A stretch of DNA of 64,000 bases from an uncultured Nitrososphaerota archaeon (lineage in GTDB: Archaea; Asgardarchaeota; Njordarchaeia; Njordarchaeales; Njordarchaeaceae): contig CAZFGR010000004.1 of the NCBI GenBank assembly GCA_964518475.1, forward strand, positions 1 to 64,000, in the 5' to 3' direction. Below, piece by piece: positions 40,601-48,642 of this stretch. The first letter of the stretch is position 1. Each line of letters begins with the position of its first letter. A program made the translations under genes and the position numbers. The notes under the pieces were generated by a model. That model made no database searches, had not been told where the DNA came from, and saw only the letters and a list, made by a program, of their open reading frames with translations.

Positions 40601-40721
40601 AATGGGCCCACTCACAATCGCATTGATAGGATTCACAATAATCCTCATAGGAATACTTATCAAAACAGTAGTAGAAATACTACGAGAGAGAAAGAAGCCA
40701 AAAGCCCCAGCATTTCCATAA
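34695..40721 (+). CDS. Surface-anchored C25 (gingipain-family) cysteine peptidase with long beta-solenoid region
   Basis: Signal peptide, propeptide (PGYPLLP), FVIIFGD, TDLYYADLD, PDVIVGRIP, catalytic YDGHG and SMAC, GGAIGYVGATR, LFGDP; about 1300 aa of I/V-x-N/D-S repeats; Ig-like domain; C-terminal TM plus basic tail. Confidence 0.88.
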   Translation: MITMRKGAVLLLSIILLNLLIIPQILPETITSQTAQAHTLSNENPNNTLPLGLMRQKPLKLPEIETLYSKKYVLEFGEPLLVPSGILEGYWLPFIPNTRISMQPGYPLLPVNISVIELPHDAQDIQVQIHTTETKVLEDSYNILPSPKPLVMTRNNASINELFEIRKRIFEKYPSSFLEYRVLNGIDTSTLERKKFLVIYFYPLTYTGDGELIFVRKAVIDISYRISPSVRQLSLGNLEALIITSNDLFPEALLLARMKNSSGISTIVRTVEWIYSNYQGRDKPEKIRAFIKDMVNEYGIKFVIIFGDADKVPTREVWVPDGAYDYDPSIDGSTVATDLYYADLDYSWDDNGDGLWGDLRYDRVDGLPDVIVGRIPVSNESEARAYLEKLARYKPSSDWFNNVLLIGSDTFMTGWPEGEYLSDYITRFIWANFSVTKLYETAGNLTLPMLIHQINKGYGLINYDGHGDVNAWIISLGSIYAMDNALQQINREHLSIIFSMACLTARFDDRDSIGEAFVLNPNGGAIGYVGATRLSWGYIGELVITGLAGEMSWRFVKNFFSPLNRYLGSVWAATISEYAINNPIETNYYGYYLDWKTVAEFVLFGDPTISLRPIPRENVTEIPELIGDNTSVLIRNATMTIHSLDLSSSNLTIYNSTIHVKNQAKIQEYSRVILNGSFITGEVALILNNTILMIDNSVIEIPIILIGNTTVSVRNSYVNGITVLDNFSWLRIENSSINLLLRIDEKGEILIREGFCKSMNLLDLVGYNISLNNTHVLLGLNVTGAELNITNSILSSVFAYDAAIQITNSAISSIKVVGKTSLVVDNSRTGVELSIIDAHGVLKLAESPKYLRINGDNFTGVQWSLELMNTNITTWRIRLYNSSLEVRDSTVYEIVAEESELLVIDSKVSILNAINTICNIENTRVYYERLLFSNITSADSRIEYLWANNSFLDLRNVTGYDTKFLNSSLSASIIYYYHVVFTGSQRSFMSESKVAILEIFDYAELIIKASRVAVMFLRNSSYVRLENTTVTYAARIMDNTTLLAKNSIIWPELVFVNTNTVIKNLVAGNITSLELINGWNITIMSSVVIGWDIILYNSSAEISESQIYWLFGYYSSRVRVEKSWIDLLRLTHFSSGEIVLSRISQAVLSGFSETTLRKSSVSSMTVMGNAKAGLSMIKSTEVVVFTNASVAVHNSLIRFLAPFDSSSVVVENSAVGIWLELYNIVNKTIRLKPGYYIMLTEADIGLPNIDWSLSVKESRINWYLLLVNSSARIKDSQLTILGFLDSSIIVENSLIIDILQAVASDFLIRDTVGANVTTIINGVGTLENSSFTNLMIQDSEIEISDCKSTLTLVFADGELELSLRPAYYKDAWLNYTAGSETINLHLMNSWINNWMVLLMGRARVSIVDSNVLTVGAAENATLIVRNTTIYGYLELFPTASILVESSLIGNLYWFLYSTELAISIPAPNISDMELNASGYLRIIDSFLYNIHLEATLSNISIFDTPRISETRLIMSKLIAQNSIIDKIKAASSSLDLTQSIVNTTEFIGTDAKISRSTIKNLGIDQFSNVIVEYSSIGLNMVFRFFNIVVKGEEWKSENSNSTIIGDYWVLQLSSSNITSASFTLVGTANATISNSRLKALVCKDFSTANITESEIETLILEDAAHIALSNSVTGVEIRVENTETEFDLKTNIEVSGKISALRGIGYELSLKDTVITGVNITAVASKVVIDNSEIMMLVADYGSRVFVNSSRVILALLGSGAKIWAEDSEIRLLTPHQINKVYLDNCQVGVSLLLMGRKEKLVLGSGFEPYFVTNDNFMDWLIEGYYSEIIDWRVLALQGSNVTLEYSHILLVYAEANSWVRLIDCQLELPPIVTMQSIVEIYWSLGVRVLRDLIPISNINVTIYNDKGELVASSTTNEAGEAIFYLPQAIILDSARIDLGNYVIKVKYGYLGASKRIYLWKPTSVTIYLMGPLTIALIGFTIILIGILIKTVVEILRERKKPKAPAFP

Positions 40722-40787
40722 AATACTACGAGAAAATTTTATTAATGAAGAGAAAGTAGAGAGGAGGATCATAGAGGGACAAGGTGA

Positions 40788-42149
40788 GTGAGTCTGGACA
40801 ATATAAGTGATCATAGGAAGATGGGATTTATTCAAGTAACGTTATTATTCGCGTTATCTAATTTCGCAACATATATCTTAATCCCAAACTTTAACTTAAT
40901 AAAACAAGAACTCGGCGTAAGTGATACTTATTTAGGAATACTAATGGGTGGTTTCTTATTCTTTAATGGGTTAGGAGCATTGTTATGGTCCTACTTATCT
41001 GATGCCCGTGGAGCTAAGAGGAAGATTCTCTTAACTCTAAGCTTTATTCTTAGTGGCTTATTGATCTACATAGTATCGGTCACGAAGAATACAGTGTTAT
41101 TAATGTTTTCGTGGATTTTGGCTGGAGCTTGTTTAGGAGCAACGGTTCCGCTGGGGTTCAGCATAATATCTGATTTGTTTCCCCCAGAGAATAGGACCCA
41201 GACATTTATGTTGTGGTTCTTTTTTAGTGGTTTTGGATTAGCCTTTGGTTACGTTTTTTCCCTCTTTCTCGGGGCGTTTTATAACTGGAGATTCCCAGTA
41301 ATGGTGGGGAGTTTTATCGTGGCCCTGTCTGGCTCTATTCTCTCGATGACTTTATGGGAGCCTCCAAAGGGTTGGTCAGATATAAAGGGGTTTGGAGGCG
41401 TTGATTACCCATATAGATTCAGGATAAGTGATCTAAAACTAATTGCGAGGAATAAAACGAATATCTTCATAGTTATTCAGGGATTCTTTGGAACAATACC
41501 AAATGGTGCGTTATCGAGTTGGGCGGTGCATTACTTGGTTAGGGAATGGGGCTTATCCGAGATAATGGCTTCAACCATTTTAGCGATGGGGAGCGTTGGA
41601 GCTATAGGTGGCTTCTTTTTCTCGTATCTAGGGGATAAACTATATGAGAGAAACGAGATGTATAGGCCCTTGATAGCTGCGGTATGTTCCATAGTAGAAG
41701 GATTATTATTCGCTATATTCTTCATGATTCCTGTAAAACTAGATATATACACTAATGACCTCATAGAGGGGTTTATAATCTTCCTAGACATAATTCGTAA
41801 AGACCCTACATCCTTGTTAGCAATGGTGATATTCTTCACCGCTATGGCTATGAATCCCGCTCCAGGATCAATAAGGGAAAGTGTGTTATCGGATGCTAAT
41901 CTTCCAGAGCATAGAGCAACAGTACTCGCTGGAGCAAACATAATAGAGATATTCTCGAAATCATTAAGTATAACAGTTATAGGGATACTATCTGACCTCC
42001 TAGGGTCTCTAAAAGAACCATTGACGATAGTTATGCTTATATGGATTCTTTCTGGAATAGCATGGATATATGTGGCGAAGTATTACGGAGAAGATAAGAA
42101 CAATGTAAGAAAAGTAATTACTAAGCGACTCCAAAAAAGTAATCAGTAA
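40788..42149 (+). CDS. MFS transporter
   Basis: 12 TM helices, SYLSDARG..RK and YLGDKL motif-A variants, ISDLFPPENR. Confidence 0.9.
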   Translation: MSLDNISDHRKMGFIQVTLLFALSNFATYILIPNFNLIKQELGVSDTYLGILMGGFLFFNGLGALLWSYLSDARGAKRKILLTLSFILSGLLIYIVSVTKNTVLLMFSWILAGACLGATVPLGFSIISDLFPPENRTQTFMLWFFFSGFGLAFGYVFSLFLGAFYNWRFPVMVGSFIVALSGSILSMTLWEPPKGWSDIKGFGGVDYPYRFRISDLKLIARNKTNIFIVIQGFFGTIPNGALSSWAVHYLVREWGLSEIMASTILAMGSVGAIGGFFFSYLGDKLYERNEMYRPLIAAVCSIVEGLLFAIFFMIPVKLDIYTNDLIEGFIIFLDIIRKDPTSLLAMVIFFTAMAMNPAPGSIRESVLSDANLPEHRATVLAGANIIEIFSKSLSITVIGILSDLLGSLKEPLTIVMLIWILSGIAWIYVAKYYGEDKNNVRKVITKRLQKSNQ

Positions 42150-42225
42150 AACTTAGTCTTCATAACCATAGTCTTTCTAACTACGTCAAATATTTACTCG
42201 TTTTTTGGACATATCTTCTTTATCT

Positions 42226-42624
42226 TCATGTTATTGAGTTTTCGGATATAATAGTTATTTTCGGAAAAATTAGTGTCATATGGTTAATTTGTTTAGGATT
42301 GTAGCTAAAATCATCTATATCTAGTAGGAATAAACCATTGCTCTCCATCTTTAATGCCTCAGATGTATAACCACTGCGGGATAGTATTATTCCAATGGTC
42401 TTCTTTCTGAACTTTTCCTCTATGGTAATTTTCTTTGACAGAAATTTTTGGATCTCTCTTGCTCCTATCTTATTTTTTAACCACTTTGCTTCTCCTATAA
42501 TGATGGCTTCTGGTCCAATTCCGCATGTATTGATCTCTAAATCTCGCCACCAATGACTACCGACGCGATCTATGATCGGTATTTCTACTCTATCAATGCT
42601 TCTCCCAGAAAGAAAAGTCTTTAT
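42226..42624 (-). pseudogene. C-terminal PD-(D/E)XK/DUF234-like fragment of an archaeal ATPase
   Basis: Start-less open frame ...DRVGSHWWRDLEINTCGIGPEAIIIGEAKWLKNKIG...ILSRSGYTSEA...FLLDIDD, matching GxWW..EID...IGEcKW...SxSGFT. Confidence 0.7.
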
Positions 42625-42652
42625 TTATGCAGAAACATTCACTATATTTTTT

Positions 42653-42706
42653 GAATGATGAAAGCCCGGTAGTCGGATGCGGTGAAGAGCAACCGGTTAT
42701 CTGAAA
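42653..42706 (+). ncRNA. Box C/D methylation guide sRNA
   Basis: C box ATGATGA (42655-61), 12-nt guide AAGCCCGGTAGT, D' CGGA (42674-77), 4-nt loop, C' GTGAAGA (42682-88), 12-nt guide GCAACCGGTTAT, D box CTGA (42701-04); GC-rich island in AT-rich intergenic DNA. Confidence 0.82.
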
Positions 42707-42755
42707 ACATAAAAATCTTACCGTAATAAGCGGTTAGAATAATAGACTTTTTCGA

Positions 42756-43153
42756 GTGAATGTAGACTTCTTGAGGTTTGAAGATGTCGTACTTAGAGTG
42801 AATCGAAAGAGCCAGATTTTCCTTAGAGAGGCTGAGAGGTATTTACGCGAAGGAGTATATTGGGTCGCTTGCTTTAATGCTCACCAGTCGGCAGAATTTT
42901 ACCTCAAGGGAATCTGTATAAGAGGACTAATTCTTATCCATTTACACACGATCTCGCAATCCTCTTAGATGAACTAGAAAATTGTGGTATTGAGATACTT
43001 GATAACATTCGTTTAAGCGCGGATTACCTAACACCACATTACACAGGGACACAGTATCCTGGAACTAGATCAATAGTATATGATAAGAGAATAGCAAAGA
43101 ATTGTTTGAGGCATGCGAAAATCATAGCAGAATTCGTTGAGGGATTATTATGA
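42756..43153 (+). pseudogene. HEPN-domain gene, frameshifted
   Basis: ACFNAHQSAEFYLKG, then a 1-nt shift near 42913 continues LYKRTNSYPFTHDL...LTPHYTGTQYPG...AEFVEGLL*, ending in ATGA overlapping the MNT start. Confidence 0.85.
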
Positions 43154-43515
43154 ACTCAAAAACAGTACATGATGCAGAAGAGTTCCTTACCAAGCTTGTG
43201 GAAGTTATTGTGGATATTTATTCTGGAGACGTTACAGTTATTCTCTTTGGAGGGAGGGCACGAGGCACTAGTTCAGACACTGGTGACTTTGATGTATTAG
43301 TTGTCCTAAGAAATATGCAAGACCCAATCGAGGAAGCTGTAAAAATTAGGAGAGCACTGCCTAGGCGAAGATTCCCATTAGATATATTAGTAGTAGAGCT
43401 AAAAGATCTTGGAAAACCCATTATCAGGAATATGCTAGAACACCACAAACTATTATACGATGGGTTGAGGATCGCTAATATACTCTCTAACACAAACTTC
43501 TCAGAATCAAAATGA
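43150..43515 (+). CDS. Minimal nucleotidyltransferase (MNT)
   Basis: VILFGGRARG...GDFDVLVV (GS replaced by GG), PLDILV. Confidence 0.8.
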   Translation: MNSKTVHDAEEFLTKLVEVIVDIYSGDVTVILFGGRARGTSSDTGDFDVLVVLRNMQDPIEEAVKIRRALPRRRFPLDILVVELKDLGKPIIRNMLEHHKLLYDGLRIANILSNTNFSESK

Positions 43516-43965
43516 TAGGAAAGCAGATTAAGATATCGTCTTAGAGTTACAATGCACTAAAAACACTGAGTCATTAGTCGCTCAGTAGATATTAATGAAT
43601 AATGAATAGCAAAATAAGAGGCTTCATTCAGAGATATTTGGAATTAAATAAAAGAGAAGAAGGATTAAAAAAATACCTTATCTTGTGCCCTCTATTTCAT
43701 ATTAGTGAAGCAGAATATTGAACTATTCATCTCATATCTATTTTGTCTGAAGTAAATGATGCTCGCTTAGTGAAACATATTATTAGGTGCGATCATCATT
43801 GAAGTTCTAGGGATTTGTAAAGATTAAGTCGTCGGATTCTGAAAGATTTGATATAAAACGGAAGATTATAGGAGAGGTTTTTAGGAGGGATTTTTGGGCA
43901 GTGAAGTCTCTAGTAATCTCAATTAGGAAAAATATTTATGTGGTTTAATCTCTTACTGGGTCAGG

Positions 43966-44589
43966 GTGGTTGTTGTGCGACCGATCGTTATTGAGGGCAA
44001 ATCTGTTGCTCTTGGTCCATTGGTTAGGGAGGATTTGGAGCGGTTATGGTTTTGGATGAATGATAAGAAGGTTACTCAGTATCTTGGACACCTGTTTCTT
44101 AAGGTCTTCTCTTTGGAAGCTGAGAGGAAGTGGTTGGAGAGGGCTTTAGAGCCCGATGATAAAAATCTATTCTTTGCTATTCTGTTAAAGCCTGACTACG
44201 AGCACATAGGGAATATTGGTTTGCATAGGATTGATTATTTAAACAGGCATGCCGAGGTCGGGATATTTATTGGTAGGAAAGATCTTTGGGGACGCGGCTA
44301 TGGATCTGAGGCTCTTATCCTTGCTCTGGACATAGCTTTTAATGTACTGGAGTTAAACACTGTTTTCCTAAGGGTGATGGAGTATAATGAGAGGGCCATA
44401 AAATGTTACTCGAAGGTGGGGTTTAAGTTCGCTGGTAGACTTAGACGATATATCTATAGGGGTGGTCGATACTGGGATACAATATTAATGGATATCACAA
44501 GAGAAGAGTTTAACCGAAACCATAAGAGTATCATAAAAAGTGTGTGTAAGGATGTTTTCAAGGATCAAAAGACACAATCATCAGCTTAG
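43966..44589 (+). CDS. RimJ/RimL-family GNAT acetyltransferase
   Basis: AEVGIFIG..DLWGRGYGSEA, NERAIKCYSKVGF, EG-type GRLR. Confidence 0.92.
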   Translation: MVVVRPIVIEGKSVALGPLVREDLERLWFWMNDKKVTQYLGHLFLKVFSLEAERKWLERALEPDDKNLFFAILLKPDYEHIGNIGLHRIDYLNRHAEVGIFIGRKDLWGRGYGSEALILALDIAFNVLELNTVFLRVMEYNERAIKCYSKVGFKFAGRLRRYIYRGGRYWDTILMDITREEFNRNHKSIIKSVCKDVFKDQKTQSSA

Positions 44590-44680
44590 CGATGGAATTG
44601 GACTATATCTATAACCTCTCTACTACCTTTTTCGACTTCTTAATTAAGTAGTAAAGTGGTATTGAGTATCTCTGGGAGTG

Positions 44681-45520
44681 TTATGGGAGAAATTTAACCA
44701 TTTCTTTCGCTGGTCTCCTAGGTGGTGGCTCTGGAACATACTCGGGGTAACCAAGCGGTGTTACTGTGGCTATGTAATGATCCTTTGGTATCCCTAACAT
44801 TTCTTTGACATCATCTCTATCCATAGCCGCTATCCAGCATGTTCCTAGTCCGTAACTCCACGCCGCTAGCATGAAGTGATAAGCCGCTATACAAGCATCC
44901 TCTACGTATCGTCTAGACTTGGAGGGGTCGGAACAAATAGCTACTGCTAGTGGAGCTCTACCAATGGGTGCAGAGTTTCCACCACGTATGGTGGCTAGCT
45001 TCTTTAATTTTTCCTTATCCCTGATCACTACGAAATAGTATGATTGAGAATTCTTGGATGTGGGTGAGTATCTGCATATTTCAAAGATTTTCCACAAGAC
45101 TTCATCTGGGACATCTCGTTCCTGGAAGTACCTAATGCTTCTCCTCGTCACTAATAGCTCGTCCCCCATCAGATAGGGCTCCGTATCGTGTAGAAAGGTT
45201 TGAAACTCAATTGTTCGTCCTTCTGGATCTTTGGCGAAGAAATGGTATATTCTGTACTTCTCGTTGATCTTTGGCTCAGTGATTGCAATCTCTTTAAGCT
45301 TTTTATACATTTCATCTACTAGGCTCTTTTCTCGGTAGAAAAAGGTTATTATCCCCGAGGTATCTGCTTCTTCCCGTTCGCAGAAACCGAGTAATAAATT
45401 TCCATGCCTTAGAATTGTGCAGTCTTTTTGCTCTAGCCATACACTCATCCCAATCTTATTAAGATAGAAATTCTTTATTTCAGAAAGGTTCTTGGTTCTA
45501 AAGAATATGATTCCGGCCAT
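44681..45520 (-). CDS. VOC/glyoxalase-like domain fused to nitroreductase
   Basis: N-terminus FYLNKIGM...FFAKDPEGRTIEF; C-terminus RRSIRYF, SPTSKNSQ, GLGTCW, PLGYP. Confidence 0.85.
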   Translation of the reverse strand: MAGIIFFRTKNLSEIKNFYLNKIGMSVWLEQKDCTILRHGNLLLGFCEREEADTSGIITFFYREKSLVDEMYKKLKEIAITEPKINEKYRIYHFFAKDPEGRTIEFQTFLHDTEPYLMGDELLVTRRSIRYFQERDVPDEVLWKIFEICRYSPTSKNSQSYYFVVIRDKEKLKKLATIRGGNSAPIGRAPLAVAICSDPSKSRRYVEDACIAAYHFMLAAWSYGLGTCWIAAMDRDDVKEMLGIPKDHYIATVTPLGYPEYVPEPPPRRPAKEMVKFLP

Positions 45521-45635
45521 GATACCTCCCCAATAAGATAATGCTAAGTTAGGAATTCTTTATCGAAGGAAGAGAATATGTTATAGGTTTATAAAAATAG
45601 TATGAACTTTAGCTGTGTCTTGGGGCTCATCTTAC

Positions 45636-45959
45636 TTAATCGGTTTGGAGAAGTCTTTTTACTTTTTCTTCTATTTCTTCTGTCCTAACCTTAACCTTTG
45701 TTAATAATTCCCCGAAGTAGTTTCTAAGGAATGGATCTTGCAGTGTACTTAGTCGCGAATTGATATCTTCTATGGAGTATTTTATACTCTTCAATATATT
45801 TGGCGCATTTTTCAGATATTTCTCTTCCTCAGAATCAAGTGTTTCATTGTTCTCCATCTTCTCTAGGATGTCATTAATACGACTAATGGTGGATAGTAGG
45901 AGGTTCACTTTCCAGAAAATATAGGATACGTCTGAGACCTCACCACGCATTTCCAGCAC
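45636..45959 (-). CDS. Hypothetical helical protein
   Basis: 107-aa amphipathic-helical ORF; no family recognised. Confidence 0.5.
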   Translation of the reverse strand: MLEMRGEVSDVSYIFWKVNLLLSTISRINDILEKMENNETLDSEEEKYLKNAPNILKSIKYSIEDINSRLSTLQDPFLRNYFGELLTKVKVRTEEIEEKVKRLLQTD

Positions 45960-46115
45960 TTTGTAAGCAATTAGGTTGAAAAGATGTACTAACGATTCCT
46001 AATTACCTATTTGATGCAAAAATATCTTTACTAATTATTTAAGCGTTTATTCCCTACTTTGAATTACTGTCTTTAATTTTTACCTAAAGTCGCTTAAACT
46101 TTTTTGATTTATTTC

Positions 46116-46429
46116 CTAGGAGTCCTGCTTTTGTAAAAATTTTTCTAAAAAGAGATTATTAGGCTGCCTCTCCTTATCTCCTGATAATAGTCCGTTTAAT
46201 TTACCGTGTTCTAACCTGGTTTTCTCATTTCTTAGCTCTTTAACTTTTTCATATACTGAATCCCAGAACTCTACTTCTTTCTTAATAGCTTCTACTTCAT
46301 TCTCAATAATTAAGTTAAATGCATGGGATCTACTTTTGGCTATACCCTATTTAGTCATTTTTCTGCTACTTCTAATAGTTCTTTTTTCACTTTAATTGAG
46401 ATAGTAACTGGTATGTTCGGGTACGCCAA
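46116..46429 (-). pseudogene. Ribbon-helix-helix (CopG/VapB-type) antitoxin remnant
   Basis: TTG 46429 AYPNIPVTISIKVKKELLEVAEK, frameshift in an A5 run (~46358), MTK*GIAKSRSHAFNLIIENE...EFWDSVYEKV; no partner toxin. Confidence 0.6.
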
Positions 46430-46767
46430 GGTATACTAGTACCACCATATACTATATGCAACCTTCATCTTAAACCTATTTTTTCTACATCATCATGATT
46501 ATCTGATTCAGAATTTTTATTAAACGTGTTACCAGATGTTATAGAGATTCGTTTCTTGATGAGGATGAGGTTCCTGAAGTGATTTTGAAGATTTTGTTAG
46601 GGGTGGGATGTGTGGAATTTAAGATGATCAAGGGAGATTTTGTTGTTGCAGTGTGGGTTTGGTATATGTGATGAATATATTACTAGCTAATAATATTTTC
46701 TTCCGTTTGATATGCATATACGGGAGGCAAGGGCTCTATTGTTCGCAATATAGGGGAGGAAAATTCA

Positions 46768-48528
46768 ATGCGCAAGAGTACTTTGATCCTAACCATTCTC
46801 ATGATTCTATTAGTTAGTATTAGTTACGCTCTAGCACCACCAAGTCATCCCTTGGGTACTTATAGGGCAGAGGTAACGGTTAATTATGAAGGATTAGAAG
46901 GAGTTCTTAGGTTTAATTTCACGATAATGGCTCCTACTGAGCTAGAACAAAAGGCGGTCACAATAAGAAGCGTTAATATCGTGAATGGTCGCAATTTGAC
47001 ACTTTTAGCCAGGGGTTATGATTCTTATCCTCTGGAACCTGGCGTAAAAGTGGACTACATAATAGATGTATACGTGGATGGGGAAATAGTTGTTGTTAAA
47101 CCTACTCAAGTGTCAGCAATTGTTCATTTGCCGAATGGTCATAATGAAAAAGCCTTAGTAATGCTGTTAAAAAACGAGCTCGTCTTTCGATTCGCCATAA
47201 GGTACAAATCTAAAATAGCTGTAGCCACTCTATTTCTTATAGCATTTCTCTGGTTATCAGAGATTATCCCATTGGTAGCGTCAGCGCTTTTAGTACCCGT
47301 GATAGCTGTTGTGTTAGGAATAATGTCTCCCAAGGAAGCTCTAGCACCCATGTTCGATCCAGTAATAGCTCTATTCTTGGGCGGTTTTCTCCTGGCAAGA
47401 GCTATGAGTAAATACGGACTTGATAGACGAATTGCTGTTAATATCATTGCTAGAGCTAAATCACTACCGAAGCTAGCATTCGCTATAATGTTTATTTCTT
47501 GTTTCTTATCATTCTGGATGTCGAACACGGCAGTAGCTGCATTAATGATTCCGATAGCACTGGCTATTCTTAAAAGTATTGAGAAAGAGAGAGGATCGAA
47601 TTATGGGAAGCTACTCGTTCTGGGCGTAGCTTATGCAGCGACGATTGGTGGTATGGGGACAATAATTGGTACTCCTCCCAATGCTATAGCTGTCAGCATG
47701 CTTAGAGACTTAGCGAATATAGAACTTGGATTTCTTGACTGGATGATTTACGCCACACCATTCACTTTCCTTCTTCTCCTAGTAGCATTTGCTTATCTCT
47801 ACTGGATCCTACCAGTGAGAAAAGATCTAATCGAGGGCAAAATCGCCTTAACGGAGCTTAGTGAAACAGTGATAAAGCTTCAATTAGAGGAACTCGGTAA
47901 GATGAAGAAGGAAGAGAAGTTGACTGCAGCTATTCTGGTACTGACTGTTTTTCTGTGGTTTTCTCAGAAGCTTCCCTTCAGCATATTTGGCTGGTCTGGA
48001 CACGGTATATCGTCGGGAATAATAGCATTATTAGCAGGGGTGATACTATTCACAACAGGGCTACTGGATAAGGAGGATCTCCAAAAAATAAGCTGGGAAA
48101 CACTACTAATTTTCGGAGGAGGACTGGTGCTAGGCGAGATGCTTATACTCTCAGGCGTTAGCGAATGGATCGCGGCAAAACTTGTTGTAATAGGTAGTCC
48201 CTTCATTATCTTAATGCTTCTAGGCTTTATCAGTTTGATAATCACGGCATTCGCAAGTAATACTGCTGCAGCGGCCATCCTCGTACCACTAGCAATACCG
48301 ATTGGCTCAGCTCTAGGAATAAACCCTGTTGTCCCAGCACTGATAGTAGCTATAGCGACCAGCACTGATTTCGCGTTACCGATAGGAACGCCCCCGACAA
48401 TGCTTGCTTACAGTACTGGCTATTTCAAGTTCAGAGAAATCGTTAAGATAGGCTTCCCACTAATGATTATCGGTATATTAGTAGTAGTCCTAATTATGAG
48501 TCCAATATGGCTAATAATGATTAAGTAA
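46768..48528 (+). CDS. DASS/SLC13 sodium-coupled anion symporter with N-terminal extracytoplasmic domain
   Basis: WLSEIIP, LFLGGF, WMSNTA, GTIIGTPPN, WETLLIFGGG, ASNTA, PIGTPP. Confidence 0.92.
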   Translation: MRKSTLILTILMILLVSISYALAPPSHPLGTYRAEVTVNYEGLEGVLRFNFTIMAPTELEQKAVTIRSVNIVNGRNLTLLARGYDSYPLEPGVKVDYIIDVYVDGEIVVVKPTQVSAIVHLPNGHNEKALVMLLKNELVFRFAIRYKSKIAVATLFLIAFLWLSEIIPLVASALLVPVIAVVLGIMSPKEALAPMFDPVIALFLGGFLLARAMSKYGLDRRIAVNIIARAKSLPKLAFAIMFISCFLSFWMSNTAVAALMIPIALAILKSIEKERGSNYGKLLVLGVAYAATIGGMGTIIGTPPNAIAVSMLRDLANIELGFLDWMIYATPFTFLLLLVAFAYLYWILPVRKDLIEGKIALTELSETVIKLQLEELGKMKKEEKLTAAILVLTVFLWFSQKLPFSIFGWSGHGISSGIIALLAGVILFTTGLLDKEDLQKISWETLLIFGGGLVLGEMLILSGVSEWIAAKLVVIGSPFIILMLLGFISLIITAFASNTAAAAILVPLAIPIGSALGINPVVPALIVAIATSTDFALPIGTPPTMLAYSTGYFKFREIVKIGFPLMIIGILVVVLIMSPIWLIMIK

Positions 48529-48642
48529 TCTAGACTTTTCTAATTCTCTTTTGATTTTTTGGGAAAATATCTATAGACCTTATTTTCATAGAAACCTCGC
48601 TGATAAACCATGTGGGTGATTATAGAAAAAATTCGTGAACTT

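Noticed and set aside
43516-43965. Long spacer with a small ACTGAG/CTCAGT hairpin
   Set aside because: No convincing reading frame, RNA motif or repeat.
46556-46710. C-box-like TTGATGA...CTGA and GTGATGA motifs
   Set aside because: No proper C'/D pairing or spacing; more likely a start-less coding remnant.
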